This document shows positions 44,420-54,814 of a DNA stretch of 58,233 nt, in pieces. The notes beneath the pieces are model-generated. The model ran no database searches. It had not been told where the DNA came from and saw only the letters and a program-made list of their open reading frames with translations. Position 1 is the first letter of the stretch. The number at the start of each line of letters is the position of its first letter. Source of the DNA: a virus (Duplodnaviria > Caudoviricetes); the IMG/VR virus record IMGVR_UViG_3300024518_003391, positions 1-58,233 of that record. One strand, given 5' to 3'. A program made the translations under genes and the position numbers.

Positions 44420-45547
44420 TTATGCGGCCTGATTCGCTTTCGCGTGGCCGTCCTCGTTCATCAGTTCAACGGTGTACTCGCCGATAATCTCCAGCTTGTC
44501 GGCGTCCCCGGTTTTGGCGCGCGCCTCTGACTGGAACGATCTGCCGGCCAAATTCATAACCTTGATTCGCCCCGATGCCAGGACCATCAAGCTGGTTACC
44601 GGCATCCAGCGATCGGGTCGGAGGATGTCAAGTTCGGCGAAACTGCCTTCATAACGGTTCACGACCGACCGGAACCGGTCTGCGTCCTGATCTGTACGGA
44701 TGCGACTATCGGAGAAGCCGTCTAACAGATCTTTCCATATCCCATCGGCGACCAGGAAATCGAGATCGGCCGCGCCGTTATCCCAGGCGGGCTTGATGAC
44801 CTGGTTATTGAGGAAACTTTCCGTCAGCGTTGTCGCCGATGAAATGTTCGTCGTCAGGAATCGCCAGATACCTTTCATTGTCCGATAAGCGCTCGATGAC
44901 CCAAAGCTGTTGGCGGTTTCACTCAGGATAACTGCGCGTTCCAGGTCGCGGATAGCCTCGCGGGACCGCTGAACAGTCTGGTAATCGAACTCATCCGTAA
45001 CGCCGCCCAGATTGGTCACAGCGCGCTTTGAGCCGGACACAACAACGGGCTTGCGGAATATCTGGGTGAAGTTAATCTTTCGCGATCTGTTCCCGCTGAT
45101 GTCATCGTTCATGTCGGTGCCTTCGAGGGAGCTGTTCGAGACTAGCTCTATCGTCGCACCGACCACCGAGCTGGATGGCCCGATGCCGCCCACGCCGCGC
45201 TCGAATGTAGAGCTGGTCACAGCAGTGGCTGTGACTCGCATCAGCTCCTCATTATCCAGAGACGCCGCGCCGGTATATCGCACGACATCGCCTACCTGTA
45301 ACTTACTGCCATCCAGCGCCAGCGTTTCCGCAGCAGTTGCGGACGTAATCACGCTTGACGCAGTCAACGTTCCCGGCGACAGTGCGTCTTCAAGCCATTC
45401 GTGTAGCACGTTTTCGGCGGGCTGCGCCGCATCGCCTAATCGGTCCAGAAGCGGCGTCTCAAATGGGCTAATCATTCCAATAATCGGGGATACATCCTCT
45501 CCGATTTCTGATGTCTGATCGTGTGTCGCTCTACCTGTGAAAGCCAT
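44420..45547 (-). CDS. Major capsid protein (SU10/DUF5309-like) with insertion domain
   Basis: EDVSPIIGMISPFETP, HEWLEDAL, NFTQIFRKPVVVSGS, AKTGD..IIGEYTVE. Confidence 0.93.
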   Translation of the reverse strand: MAFTGRATHDQTSEIGEDVSPIIGMISPFETPLLDRLGDAAQPAENVLHEWLEDALSPGTLTASSVITSATAAETLALDGSKLQVGDVVRYTGAASLDNEELMRVTATAVTSSTFERGVGGIGPSSSVVGATIELVSNSSLEGTDMNDDISGNRSRKINFTQIFRKPVVVSGSKRAVTNLGGVTDEFDYQTVQRSREAIRDLERAVILSETANSFGSSSAYRTMKGIWRFLTTNISSATTLTESFLNNQVIKPAWDNGAADLDFLVADGIWKDLLDGFSDSRIRTDQDADRFRSVVNRYEGSFAELDILRPDRWMPVTSLMVLASGRIKVMNLAGRSFQSEARAKTGDADKLEIIGEYTVELMNEDGHAKANQAA

Positions 45548-46479
45548 TAGTTATCACCCCTTGGGATTTCTGCACGCCACGCTGCAACGATGTCAGCCGT
45601 CCGGTTCGACCCCTTCGCCGTTTGGCTCAGAGCTTCGGCCTGGCCGGGATCAGGCACCCTGGCCGGCTGATTGAAGGCGCCACCGCTTCCGCCGCGACTG
45701 CCGGCGGATACGAACTGCGGGAACTCCGCAACGAGCAGTTGCACAACGCTCGTCTCGTCGAGGAACTGTCCTTTCCCGTCGGTTACGCGCTGGTCTTGGC
45801 CGTCAACGACCAGAGTCGTATAATCGCCGTTCTCGCCTTTTTCGGCCTTCACCTTGACGAAGCGGCCTTCAAGCTGATGCCCCCGCCTAAGCATGTCGCG
45901 AATTACTGGGATTATCTTCGGCATAACACCCTCCACAGAGCCGATGCCGCGATCAATGGCGGCGTCCGTATGATAATCCCTGAGCGCAGCGTAAGCGATT
46001 TGCAGTTCAGCCTCGACCTCTCTGACTTTTTTGGCGTGCTGCTGTGCTATCTCTTTCTGTTGCGTTTCCTTCTCTGTGATAATCTGCTGAAATTTGCCCT
46101 CTTCCGCGAGTTGCGTCTGGCGGGCTGTTTCAGCCTCTGTCTCACGTTCCTGCTTTTCGGCGCGAAGCGTTTCCAGTTCCGCGTGGTCTTCGTCTGAACG
46201 GCGCGAAGCACGCTTTATCCGCTCACTGATAAGGCCGTCAACATGTGCTTGCTGGGCGTCTGTCAGCGGCGTAAAGCCATCACCGTTCGGCTCCGTGTTT
46301 TGCGTCCCGTCGGACTCACCGGTTTCTGTGCTACCGCCCCCACCGGCACCGTCGTCGGTTTTGGCGTAGAACAGGCTTGCAATCCGCACCAATGGGTGTG
46401 ATCCCATCTTGGCAAGCTCGCTCCAATCATCATGGGTATGTTGAATCATTGTACCCTCCGTTTTAGGCCCGTCGGCCAT
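45547..46479 (-). CDS. Capsid scaffolding protein
   Basis: Acidic coiled coil, AEEGKFQQ, GSRGGSG; directly upstream of the capsid gene. Confidence 0.85.
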   Translation of the reverse strand: MADGPKTEGTMIQHTHDDWSELAKMGSHPLVRIASLFYAKTDDGAGGGGSTETGESDGTQNTEPNGDGFTPLTDAQQAHVDGLISERIKRASRRSDEDHAELETLRAEKQERETEAETARQTQLAEEGKFQQIITEKETQQKEIAQQHAKKVREVEAELQIAYAALRDYHTDAAIDRGIGSVEGVMPKIIPVIRDMLRRGHQLEGRFVKVKAEKGENGDYTTLVVDGQDQRVTDGKGQFLDETSVVQLLVAEFPQFVSAGSRGGSGGAFNQPARVPDPGQAEALSQTAKGSNRTADIVAAWRAEIPRGDN

Positions 46480-46748
46480 ATGCCGTTTAACGCCCGTCGG
46501 CGCGTAGTGTTAGGTTCTTTTCTTTTAGGTGCCCCATACGTCGCCGGGGCCAATGCTTTTATCTCTGCGACGACCTCGTCGCAATTATACCGTCGGTCAA
46601 CATCAACCTGAAGATACGCATCAACATCGAACGTATCCGCAACACCTTCGACCGCCGCTATCTTGGTGTGTATTTCGCGGTCCGCCCAAACCTTAAGGTC
46701 TCCCCAGGACAACACCTCGACTTTGATATCTTGCAGCCGAGTCGCCAT
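46446..46748 (-). CDS. Hypothetical protein
   Basis: AGGAGGAGG RBS. Confidence 0.6.
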   Translation of the reverse strand: MATRLQDIKVEVLSWGDLKVWADREIHTKIAAVEGVADTFDVDAYLQVDVDRRYNCDEVVAEIKALAPATYGAPKRKEPNTTRRRALNGIWPTGLKRRVQ

Positions 46749-46782
46749 GCTTACCTCCTCCTATGTTGACACGATGCGGCCG

Positions 46783-47907
46783 TTACGTTGACAACACGTC
46801 AACGCCCCCTGCCGTTATGGTTGCCGGCGCGCCGTTGGTCAATGCGCTGTGTGGCTGGTTGAGTGCGTCCCTGCCGATTTCCAACTGATTCGCGCCCGGC
46901 CCGATTTCCGTAAACGTCATCGTAATCCCCGTCGCGTCAAGGTTAGTCGTGCCGGGAATGAACGCCCCGCCGCTCTCGTTTTCAGCATAGAATACGCCCG
47001 CTAAGGCAAGATAAGGGTTCGGGGTGTGATCTCGCACGGCCGCCTGTGCCGTTGCCAGATCCGCATACGCGGCGCCAAGCTGTACGGCGATTTCCACATC
47101 ATCAGCGAGAACGTAGAACAGCCACGCCCCTACGGCGCCGTCGGCAACGTTACTGCCGGCGATGGTTACGTTAGCTTTGCCCGTTGGGACAATCCTCGTC
47201 CCGTCTCCGAGCCTAAGAACGCCCGCGCCATAGGTGAACGTTGCGGCAGCCGCGTCCAAGACGAAACTTGCTATAACGGTTTCTACGCCCGGTTGACCAA
47301 AGAAGTCCGTGTACGTAGCGCTTTCGGCCGTGAGTGAGTCGGTTCCCCAAGTATAGGGACCGGAGTTGTTCTCCGTGATGAGAATCGCTCCGATGGGGAC
47401 ATCATCCGCACCCGGCGGAAGGGTGTTCGTGGGAACGCTGTACTGCGCCCACGCTTCAATAGCAGTATCATAGTCGGCGGCGTCTTTGTCCACCTCAACA
47501 TCGCCGGAGCCTGCCGTGTTGGCGAAAACCCAAGCGACCCCGACTTTGTTCTGAGTGATAGTGGCGCCACCGGCGGCCAACGCTGATATATCCAACTCGG
47601 CGATAGCGGCGACTTTGTAGATTTGACCGTTGAAGCGAATTAAAATCGCCTGGCCTGTTTCCGCATTTTCGGCGTTCACGCCGTCCACGGTCAGCCCCGC
47701 CGTGAGGACTGTCGGGATGACTTCCCCCGCGAGCAGTTGCGTCTGCAACATGCTTATCCGCGCCTCATTGGCGTCTACGGCGGTCTTAAACGTTCCGTGA
47801 TCCGTCCGTAGCTCATTGCTCAGGCTAATACTCTGGTCCAATTTCACGCCCAACTGCTCTTGGTCCGTGCCGGGCGTCGCTAAGTTTAGCGCTTCTATTC
47901 CTTGCAT
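46783..47907 (-). CDS. Putative virion (head decoration/fibre) protein with internal duplication
   Basis: Two similar halves (GVAWVF..ADY..A..A..P / GAWLFY..AAY..A..A..P); Ala/Thr/Gly-rich. Confidence 0.6.
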   Translation of the reverse strand: MQGIEALNLATPGTDQEQLGVKLDQSISLSNELRTDHGTFKTAVDANEARISMLQTQLLAGEVIPTVLTAGLTVDGVNAENAETGQAILIRFNGQIYKVAAIAELDISALAAGGATITQNKVGVAWVFANTAGSGDVEVDKDAADYDTAIEAWAQYSVPTNTLPPGADDVPIGAILITENNSGPYTWGTDSLTAESATYTDFFGQPGVETVIASFVLDAAAATFTYGAGVLRLGDGTRIVPTGKANVTIAGSNVADGAVGAWLFYVLADDVEIAVQLGAAYADLATAQAAVRDHTPNPYLALAGVFYAENESGGAFIPGTTNLDATGITMTFTEIGPGANQLEIGRDALNQPHSALTNGAPATITAGGVDVLST

Positions 47908-47994
47908 CAGTGTTGTTCCCTCGATGGTGCGAAGCCTATCAGGTTATCCACGCCCCTGCGTGAAGGCCAAGGCGTTTAATATTAACGCCTACGA

Positions 47995-48207
47995 TTAGGG
48001 GGCGGGCGCGTCGCGTATGAGTAGGTCTAAAAAGCGCTTCGCCGCTTTGTTGCCGATTGAGTGTAGCTTCTTGCGTGAGTCCCTCGATCCTTGGTGATGC
48101 GCTTCATCCTGGAATGCCATCGCTATATTAGCCTGCCACCCATGCCGGTAATCAGGGTCATTCGCAAAAGCCTTACGAAGCCGGTCAATTGCAACCTTTA
48201 CGTCCAT
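47995..48207 (-). CDS. Small conserved phage protein
   Basis: DPDYRHGWQANIAMAFQDE..NKAAKRFLDLL. Confidence 0.7.
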   Translation of the reverse strand: MDVKVAIDRLRKAFANDPDYRHGWQANIAMAFQDEAHHQGSRDSRKKLHSIGNKAAKRFLDLLIRDAPAP

Positions 48208-48227
48208 CGATTAATTCCTTTCGGCTA

Positions 48228-49271
48228 TTAGCCATTCGCTATTGATGCTGACTTATCGGTCTCCGTCACCAAATCCCGGAAGATTTGCCGCTGTGTCTTG
48301 ATAAAGCCCGGCGAACCCTCTTCAGTCGCCATCCGGCCCGAACGGCTAACGTCTTTGGTTAGTGCCACCGGCCCCTTGGGTTCCGACCATTCAGATGCCG
48401 GGCGTAGGACGTCAGTGACAAAGCACAAATCGTTCGGGTGCGGCTTTGGTGGAATCTTTTCCGGCGGGTATTCACCGGGACCCAAGCCGTACAGATTTTG
48501 GGAGGCCAGGATGTCACATACGTCCCATTTCGGATGGCTCTGACTGAGGTTCCACTTCAGCGCCCCAACCAGCGGCGACTCAACAGCGGAAATCCGGTTC
48601 GATTCCCAAGACGCATTGGCGATTTCGGTACGCGCCAGCCGCGTGGCTTTCGTGTTGATGGAGTGGCCTAGCTTGCGGCGCGCCGCGCCCGTCACGGTTC
48701 GCAGATCCTTCAGTTCGTCCTTAGTCAACTCCTCCGACCCAAGGACGAACTCCCTAAGCCGCCGCGCCGTATCCGCAACGCTCTCACCTCTGACCTGCCC
48801 ATCCAACGCCGCCGTCCGAATTATTGACGCCTGTTTGTTGCCCCATATGGCCGGCGATACTTTTAGTCTTTCAAAGTCAACAGTTTTCGCTAGAACCTCA
48901 GCCGTCCGGCGTGGCACTTCGGAGAAGTCAACGATTAGCGGGCTTGCCGCTTCGGATAATAGCGCGTTGGTCGCGTCCTGTCGGACACTGCTTACAGCCG
49001 TCGCCGTCGCGTTCGTCGCTTGGATAATATCCGCTTTGATGTCTAACCCCAGTTCAGCCATAAGCCGCCGACTCGCTTCCTGTTTTGCGTTCCATGCCGC
49101 CAGATCGAGAGTCCCTTTAGCGTTCCGGGAGTCACGTAGCATCCTCTCCAGTTCGCTCCACGCGTTTCCCAGTGCCGTCTGAAGGCGACCCTCGACACCT
49201 TTCATCTCTTTCAACGGAACGGCTCTGAGTGCGAGAATAGCGCGGTGATAGTCGTTCAGCGGCATCAGCAA
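48228..49271 (-). CDS. Minor head protein (Mu gpF / SPP1 gp7-like)
   Basis: RLARTEIANA, KWNLS..H..DVCD, PHPNDLC. Confidence 0.88.
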   Translation of the reverse strand: MLMPLNDYHRAILALRAVPLKEMKGVEGRLQTALGNAWSELERMLRDSRNAKGTLDLAAWNAKQEASRRLMAELGLDIKADIIQATNATATAVSSVRQDATNALLSEAASPLIVDFSEVPRRTAEVLAKTVDFERLKVSPAIWGNKQASIIRTAALDGQVRGESVADTARRLREFVLGSEELTKDELKDLRTVTGAARRKLGHSINTKATRLARTEIANASWESNRISAVESPLVGALKWNLSQSHPKWDVCDILASQNLYGLGPGEYPPEKIPPKPHPNDLCFVTDVLRPASEWSEPKGPVALTKDVSRSGRMATEEGSPGFIKTQRQIFRDLVTETDKSASIANG

Positions 49272-49699
49272 CGCGCCTCAGATTCCCATAAATCGATCAG
49301 AAGTGGGTCTATTGGCTTTCGGAGCATTGACAGGCGAGTCCAGCCGTAGTATTCGGCGGCACAGCCCTGGTGTAGAGGGCCGATACGCGCGTCGTAAGGA
49401 TTCCCTGACTGGCACGAATAGGGCGGCTTGACCACTTCCCCGCACTGGATGCACATAAACCGGCCGTCTGACTGCGTGCCTTCGTCCCTCGGCTGCTGTA
49501 ACGGTCCGTACCATTCTAATCCGCGCACATGCTCTAATGCAATGCGTGCGCCCTCACGAAACATGGCACTGTGACACATACAGCCCCGCTGAACAAGCAC
49601 TATTTCCGTGATGTCCGCAAGCGTACAGTCTTTGTAGGCTGGGTATCTAGCCCAATAATATCCATCTTCTGTCGGCGCCTTCTCAGTCCATTCAAGCAT
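49265..49699 (-). CDS. Hypothetical protein
   Basis: WTEKAPTEDGYYW...EWYGPL; CxxC. Confidence 0.6.
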   Translation of the reverse strand: MLEWTEKAPTEDGYYWARYPAYKDCTLADITEIVLVQRGCMCHSAMFREGARIALEHVRGLEWYGPLQQPRDEGTQSDGRFMCIQCGEVVKPPYSCQSGNPYDARIGPLHQGCAAEYYGWTRLSMLRKPIDPLLIDLWESEARC

Positions 49700-49721
49700 G
49701 GATAACTCTCCTCAGATACTA

Positions 49722-51122
49722 TCAAGCGGCATCCCTTATCGCCCGGTCAAATGCGGCCGCCTGCTGTTCAACGACGACGGCCTCCTCAAGTTCGCCGTCT
49801 ATCACTTTGCGGACGTCCTCTTCCATCTTCGGCTGCAGGCGGGTGGCTACGGTTTTGAGGTGTTCGGAGATCATCGTCGGTGATTGGTCGGTATAAAGAG
49901 CTACCACGTCTAGTGCGTTCTTTAGTGTCTCTTCAAGCGTGCCGATGTCGTAGGAGTCGGGGTAGTCTACCATCGGCTCAACCTGCCTGCCTTCCCACAA
50001 CCCCCACACCCTCTGAATGCTTTCCTCAGTGCGTTCAAGCCGGCGAGCGTATCGCGTCAAAGCCGCGTCGGTCTCCATGAAATCCATCTGCTTTGCGACG
50101 CCCGATTGTTCCATCAAGACTCGCGTCTCAAGTTTTGCCAGCCTGAAGATTTGCCGCGTCAGGAAGTCTTGGACGTAGACTTTCATAAACTCCGCCGGGT
50201 CAATCGGCGGGGATATGTACTGCGGCGGATGTGTCCCCTCGGGGTATCCGTATACGTTGTTTGCGCTAATCTGTCTCGCTTCTTCGGGCTGTACGGCCTC
50301 CGCCTCTTCTTCCGCGAGAAACGGAAACGCCTGTTTTGCGACAAACTCGTCGATGTAACTAATCACGTTGACCATCATTCGGTTAATCCGAGCGATGTCT
50401 TGAAGGATGCCGATGCCGATTAGGTTCGACGTCGGATGCCGATCGAAGTAGTGCATAATGAACGGAACGACGCCCAAAGAGTGATCAGCGCCCGCTATGA
50501 CCTTCGCATCTTCGTCATGGATAAACCATTTGTCACGCGTCCACACACGATACAGCGCCGTCGGCCGCTGCGTCGTATTCATCGGGTCCGCATCGTTGCG
50601 TTCCGATTCCGCCAGCCTGACCCACTTAAAGGCGCCGAATCGGTCAAGCGACCAATCCACAATCGACAGCGCCGGATAGATGGTCAAGAATGTACGCAAG
50701 CCCGCCTCGCGGACGTCCGCCAACGTGATAATCTTATCGTCTTTCTGCGGCTGGTCAACGAGTATCCCGACGTGTCCTTGCATCTGCCCCCACATTGAGA
50801 TGTCCTGCATAAAATCGTCAATCGGGTTGCCCCGTAGATCTACATCCTTCGCAAACGTGTCCCAGCCGGGATCCTTCAGGTCTCGCGTGACGCGTTGGTC
50901 TGCGCCGAAAATGAACGCGGTGTAGGTATCAATCACCGGCCGGCAGTAGTTAAAATACGCAGCGCGCCCGATTCGCGTCTTGTAGTCGTTAGCGTCTTCC
51001 CTACCGAATTTGAACATATTATCAGATGTCAGCCACTCATCGCCGCCGACATAGGAATCAAGGAAGAACTTCCAACGCTTCTTGTTTTTAGAGTATGAGG
51101 GATGTAGGAACCGGGACCGCAT
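49722..51122 (-). CDS. Portal protein
   Basis: HPSY..W..SYVGG, Y..R..RA.YFNY, DVDLRG, GILVD, HSLGVVPF, SGVAKQMDF. Confidence 0.93.
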   Translation of the reverse strand: MRSRFLHPSYSKNKKRWKFFLDSYVGGDEWLTSDNMFKFGREDANDYKTRIGRAAYFNYCRPVIDTYTAFIFGADQRVTRDLKDPGWDTFAKDVDLRGNPIDDFMQDISMWGQMQGHVGILVDQPQKDDKIITLADVREAGLRTFLTIYPALSIVDWSLDRFGAFKWVRLAESERNDADPMNTTQRPTALYRVWTRDKWFIHDEDAKVIAGADHSLGVVPFIMHYFDRHPTSNLIGIGILQDIARINRMMVNVISYIDEFVAKQAFPFLAEEEAEAVQPEEARQISANNVYGYPEGTHPPQYISPPIDPAEFMKVYVQDFLTRQIFRLAKLETRVLMEQSGVAKQMDFMETDAALTRYARRLERTEESIQRVWGLWEGRQVEPMVDYPDSYDIGTLEETLKNALDVVALYTDQSPTMISEHLKTVATRLQPKMEEDVRKVIDGELEEAVVVEQQAAAFDRAIRDAA

Positions 51123-51468
51123 CTGGTATCGGAAAGGTCTCCTTGCGTGGTATTGAGTATGCCCTCATTCGCTGGGCTTCGTTGTTGAGCTCAAACCATT
51201 TCTCGCGGTCAATCAGCTTGGCGACAGTACGGTCGTAATACCACACCACCGAAATGGAGTCAAACACCCCACCGGCAAACTCCGGCCTCGCCGGGACGAT
51301 GTAGATTGTCCCTTCGTAGGCGACTAAATCCATGCTGTATAGCCGCTCTACGCATTCGAGGACACAACATTGACCGAAGACGCCGAGCGTCATTTTCTCC
51401 CAGAGTGGGCCGTACAGCATTTTCGCGTTCGTCAGCGATTCAAACTTGTAAGATTTAGGCAGATGCAC
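51088..51468 (-). CDS. Hypothetical protein
   Basis: ORF between the phosphatase and the portal. Confidence 0.5.
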   Translation of the reverse strand: MHLPKSYKFESLTNAKMLYGPLWEKMTLGVFGQCCVLECVERLYSMDLVAYEGTIYIVPARPEFAGGVFDSISVVWYYDRTVAKLIDREKWFELNNEAQRMRAYSIPRKETFPIPDAVPVPTSLIL

Positions 51469-52132
51469 TGTTCAAGCCCCCTAGGACGCGTAGTAGTGTA
51501 TCGTGTGAAATGTCTAGCTTCCCGGTAAGGTGGCTGGTGATGTTCAATTCAAAGCGGCTGCAATTGGCATCAAGCAACTTAACTACCGTAATGCCCCCAT
51601 TCGTCAGCGCAAACTGCTGATAAGGGGCACGCAGAAGGAAATGCAAAAGGAATGCCCCGGTAATGCCATGACCTACAAGGCACACAACAGCGTCGTTGAA
51701 CTCATTTCGTAATTGCCACATCCGGAGAGCGACCTGATGGGATCGCTCATACGCATCCTGAAGAGTCTCATCCGGATTCACCCACCAATCCCCGTCGGTA
51801 ATCGACGGAGGCAGATCGACATACGGGAAGCGTTGCTCGATGTCGCCTCTTTTCATCCCATGGTATCCGGAATATGCCCAATGTTCTGCAAGATCCGGGA
51901 GTATCATAGGCGGCCGGGACTTACTCCTACGCCGCGCCTTAGTAATCGGCTCAATAGTCTCCATCGCCCGACGCAACGGACTGCAATAAATAACATCAAT
52001 CGGCGCATACTTCAGCACCTCCGCTACACGCCGTGCCTGCCTATGCCCTAATTCCGTCAGTCCCAAATCCGGCTCCGTCGTCTCCATCACGTTCTTTATC
52101 GCTTCGCCGTGCCGTACAAAGATAAGTCGCAT
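51455..52132 (-). CDS. Histidine phosphatase (phosphoglycerate mutase family)
   Basis: IFVRHGE, LTELG..QA, SPLRRAMET, L.E, VGHG. Confidence 0.93.
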   Translation of the reverse strand: MRLIFVRHGEAIKNVMETTEPDLGLTELGHRQARRVAEVLKYAPIDVIYCSPLRRAMETIEPITKARRRSKSRPPMILPDLAEHWAYSGYHGMKRGDIEQRFPYVDLPPSITDGDWWVNPDETLQDAYERSHQVALRMWQLRNEFNDAVVCLVGHGITGAFLLHFLLRAPYQQFALTNGGITVVKLLDANCSRFELNITSHLTGKLDISHDTLLRVLGGLNSASA

Positions 52133-53466
52133 CAGATATACCTCACCGAACGCGATGTCGTCCGGCGCGGCGCGACAACACTCATCACAGCATACCTTTT
52201 TTGGTCACAGCCGTGGTCGTCAATCTTGGCCGGCTCATCTTTCGCCACACCCGCTCCGGACACCGCCCATTCATAGCCGAGTATCTCTTCGAGCGTTGAT
52301 TGCGGTCGCTTGCGCTTGATTGGTCCGTCCGTGTCCAGTAGTTTCGGGTCGGCGTCTACCAGCGCATCCCGACAGATGAATAGCTCATCATTAGCGATTT
52401 TTTCGTATGTCTTTTCGATTCCCAGTGCAACATCCTTTTTCGCGCCGATGGTGCGTATACCGTTCTCCGCGAGCGTCAATCTGTCGGACACGTCGTGATC
52501 AGCGACAGTGTATGCGTATCGTTCGCCGATCGAAGCCTCGTTTATCATCCCGGCGAAGTCCTTGACGCTGATACCCGACCAGTAGATCTCTCGATACATA
52601 TACATCTTCCGTCCGTCAATTACGCGCCAGAACCCGCACACGTGCGGGTTGTTGCCGCCGAAGTCGATTGACCTGAAGTTGAAGTTATCAGGCCACTTCG
52701 CCCCATCGGGAAGCGGGGGCACGGCATCGATAACGTGTTTGGCATCATCGAAACAGTCGTAGATACGTCCGGCGAAGCCGACCCATTCACCCAAGACCAT
52801 ACGGCGGTAAAACAGACCCTTGATGCGTTCAAGGGTCGCCAGGTACGCGGCGGATAGAGTCGGGTTGTCGAACGTCGTGACGCGGATAGTAAGCGTGTCG
52901 GAATCCTGTTGCTCGACGAATCGCTGATATAGCCAGTGACTCGGACTGCCGGGGTTACTCGCCATGAAGATTTGGGGCGTTGACCCGGCAACTTCATACG
53001 ACAACCGGGTCGTAACCATGTCGAAATCGGATTCATCCAGTTCATACGCTTCGTCAATGTACGCTTTCGTCAGTTCAAGCGAGCCGATTTTAGTCAGCTT
53101 ATCGATGCCGAAAAAGAGTATCTGCGACCCGTTGGAGAGGGTCGCCTTGAACTCGCTTTTCGCCCAGTGCTTGATTAGGCCGTATTCGCCTGCGTTGTCG
53201 TCTTCACTCGCCCATCCGCAAGCGTCCACAAGAAAACTGCGAATGGTGGTGTTGAACAGCGTAGCACGGACCTTGCGAAAGACACCGAAGCGCCCGCCCG
53301 GGTATCGCAGGGCGTCTTGAAGCACACGCTCTACCACCGGCCTAGACTTGCCGGCGCGCACCGCCCCCGAAATTATATTGAACTTCTTATCGGACGCCAT
53401 GAACGGCGCCTGCTTCTCAGTCGGCTCAAAGGGCGGTTTGTTCAGCGTCGGCGCGGCTGCCGGCAT
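52132..53466 (-). CDS. terL: Terminase large subunit (PBSX-like)
   Basis: GAVRAGKS Walker A, YIDEA Walker B, SNP, DNP, IDFG, DDHGCD; probable start MPAAAP. Confidence 0.95.
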   Translation of the reverse strand: MPAAAPTLNKPPFEPTEKQAPFMASDKKFNIISGAVRAGKSRPVVERVLQDALRYPGGRFGVFRKVRATLFNTTIRSFLVDACGWASEDDNAGEYGLIKHWAKSEFKATLSNGSQILFFGIDKLTKIGSLELTKAYIDEAYELDESDFDMVTTRLSYEVAGSTPQIFMASNPGSPSHWLYQRFVEQQDSDTLTIRVTTFDNPTLSAAYLATLERIKGLFYRRMVLGEWVGFAGRIYDCFDDAKHVIDAVPPLPDGAKWPDNFNFRSIDFGGNNPHVCGFWRVIDGRKMYMYREIYWSGISVKDFAGMINEASIGERYAYTVADHDVSDRLTLAENGIRTIGAKKDVALGIEKTYEKIANDELFICRDALVDADPKLLDTDGPIKRKRPQSTLEEILGYEWAVSGAGVAKDEPAKIDDHGCDQKRYAVMSVVAPRRTTSRSVRYI

Positions 53467-54814
53467 CGGATAGCGGTATTGGTAGATGTGGGGTTGATAT
53501 GCGCTGGCCATGGAATAACTCCATGAAGGGGATTCGCTGTCCATCGCGTTCGCACCACGCCCCCGACTCGCCACCGACGTGTGCCACCCACCGCCTGACA
53601 GCAAGATCGACGTAACGTGGCTCTATTTCGACAGCGTAACATCGGCGTCCTAGCTGCTCACAAGCAATCAGGGTCGTCCCGGATCCCAGGAAGGGGTCGT
53701 AAACTGCGTCTCCCTCCTTAGACGAGTTAAGCAGAGCGTTTCCTACTAACGCGACGGGCTTCGTCGTCGGATGATCAGGCGAGGCCCGGGGCTTGTCAAT
53801 CGGCCACACAGACGTATTGAACTGGCCCTTCCCATAGTGCTTATGCGTTTTCTTCCACGTGTATAGAATCGGCTCGTGTTGATATTCATAGTCAAGGCGA
53901 CCCATGCTGAAGCCAGGCTGGTTCTTGAGCCAAAACAGAATGTGACGAACAGGAAGGCCCACCTGCTGCATCATCATCAGGAACATTCCCCCCCCAGATC
54001 CCCCCTGCGGCCCAGTGACATAGATAGCCGCGCAGTCGTCCATGACCTCGCGAACTAACGTAAATGCAGCGGTCAGCATTGGTCGTAACTCGTCACTAGC
54101 CAGGGAATCTCCATGCAGTTTGTCGAGTGACCTTGCGGACCTCCTCTGGAGGGTGTTCAACAGAGCGTTCTTCTCACCGATACCCACCCCATAAGGCGGA
54201 TCGGTGAACACCAAGGCCGCCGAGCCTCCAGTCATCAAGCCAGCGACAACCGATTTGTCCGTACAGTCTCCGCACGCGAGATGATGCTCACCTAGTACCC
54301 ATAAATCACCTACCTGTGATGCCGCTTCATCAGGCGCCGCCTCATCGAAGCCATCTTCAACTATTTCGGGCGCCCCTCTGACATCCGCCAGGAGATTATC
54401 AAGCTCATCGGCATCAAACCCAGTACCCTCAATATCAATATCCGGCACGGCCTCAAGTTCTTCGATTAAGTCATTAAGCGCCGTGGCATCCCATTCGCTG
54501 GTTTCCGCCGTCCGGTTATCGGCAATCGAATACAGTTTAGCGTCATTCTCCGACATGTCCACGTAGACAACAGGCACCGTTTCGATGCCTTCAGCCTTTG
54601 CCGCCTCAAGCCTACCATGTCCAGCGATTATCATGTTGTCGGCCCGCCGCACAATCACGGGATTCGTCCATCCGAACCGGGTGATACTCCGCTTAATGTC
54701 AGCGATATTCCGTTCCGAGTGATGGCGCGGGTTGTCAACAAATGGCTTCAGTGCGTCAAGCGCAACGTACTCAATCGCTATCGGATTCTGCACGCCGTGC
54801 TGTTTGGTTTGCAT
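53426..54814 (-). CDS. ParB-like domain + beta-class N6A/N4C DNA methyltransferase
   Basis: NPR, FGWTNP, IIAGHGR, IADNR; TDPPY, HPTTKPV, DPFLGSGTT. Confidence 0.95.
   Translation of the reverse strand: MQTKQHGVQNPIAIEYVALDALKPFVDNPRHHSERNIADIKRSITRFGWTNPVIVRRADNMIIAGHGRLEAAKAEGIETVPVVYVDMSENDAKLYSIADNRTAETSEWDATALNDLIEELEAVPDIDIEGTGFDADELDNLLADVRGAPEIVEDGFDEAAPDEAASQVGDLWVLGEHHLACGDCTDKSVVAGLMTGGSAALVFTDPPYGVGIGEKNALLNTLQRRSARSLDKLHGDSLASDELRPMLTAAFTLVREVMDDCAAIYVTGPQGGSGGGMFLMMMQQVGLPVRHILFWLKNQPGFSMGRLDYEYQHEPILYTWKKTHKHYGKGQFNTSVWPIDKPRASPDHPTTKPVALVGNALLNSSKEGDAVYDPFLGSGTTLIACEQLGRRCYAVEIEPRYVDLAVRRWVAHVGGESGAWCERDGQRIPFMELFHGQRISTPHLPIPLSDAGSRADAEQTAL

Noticed and set aside
53467-53604. 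Long N-terminus of TerL as given in the ORF track
   Set aside because: It overlaps the conserved C-terminal region of the methylase; a later start at MPAAAP is more plausible
53426-54814. ParB as evidence of a plasmid partition system
   Set aside because: It is the common ParB-like/methylase fusion found near terminases; no ParA was recognised
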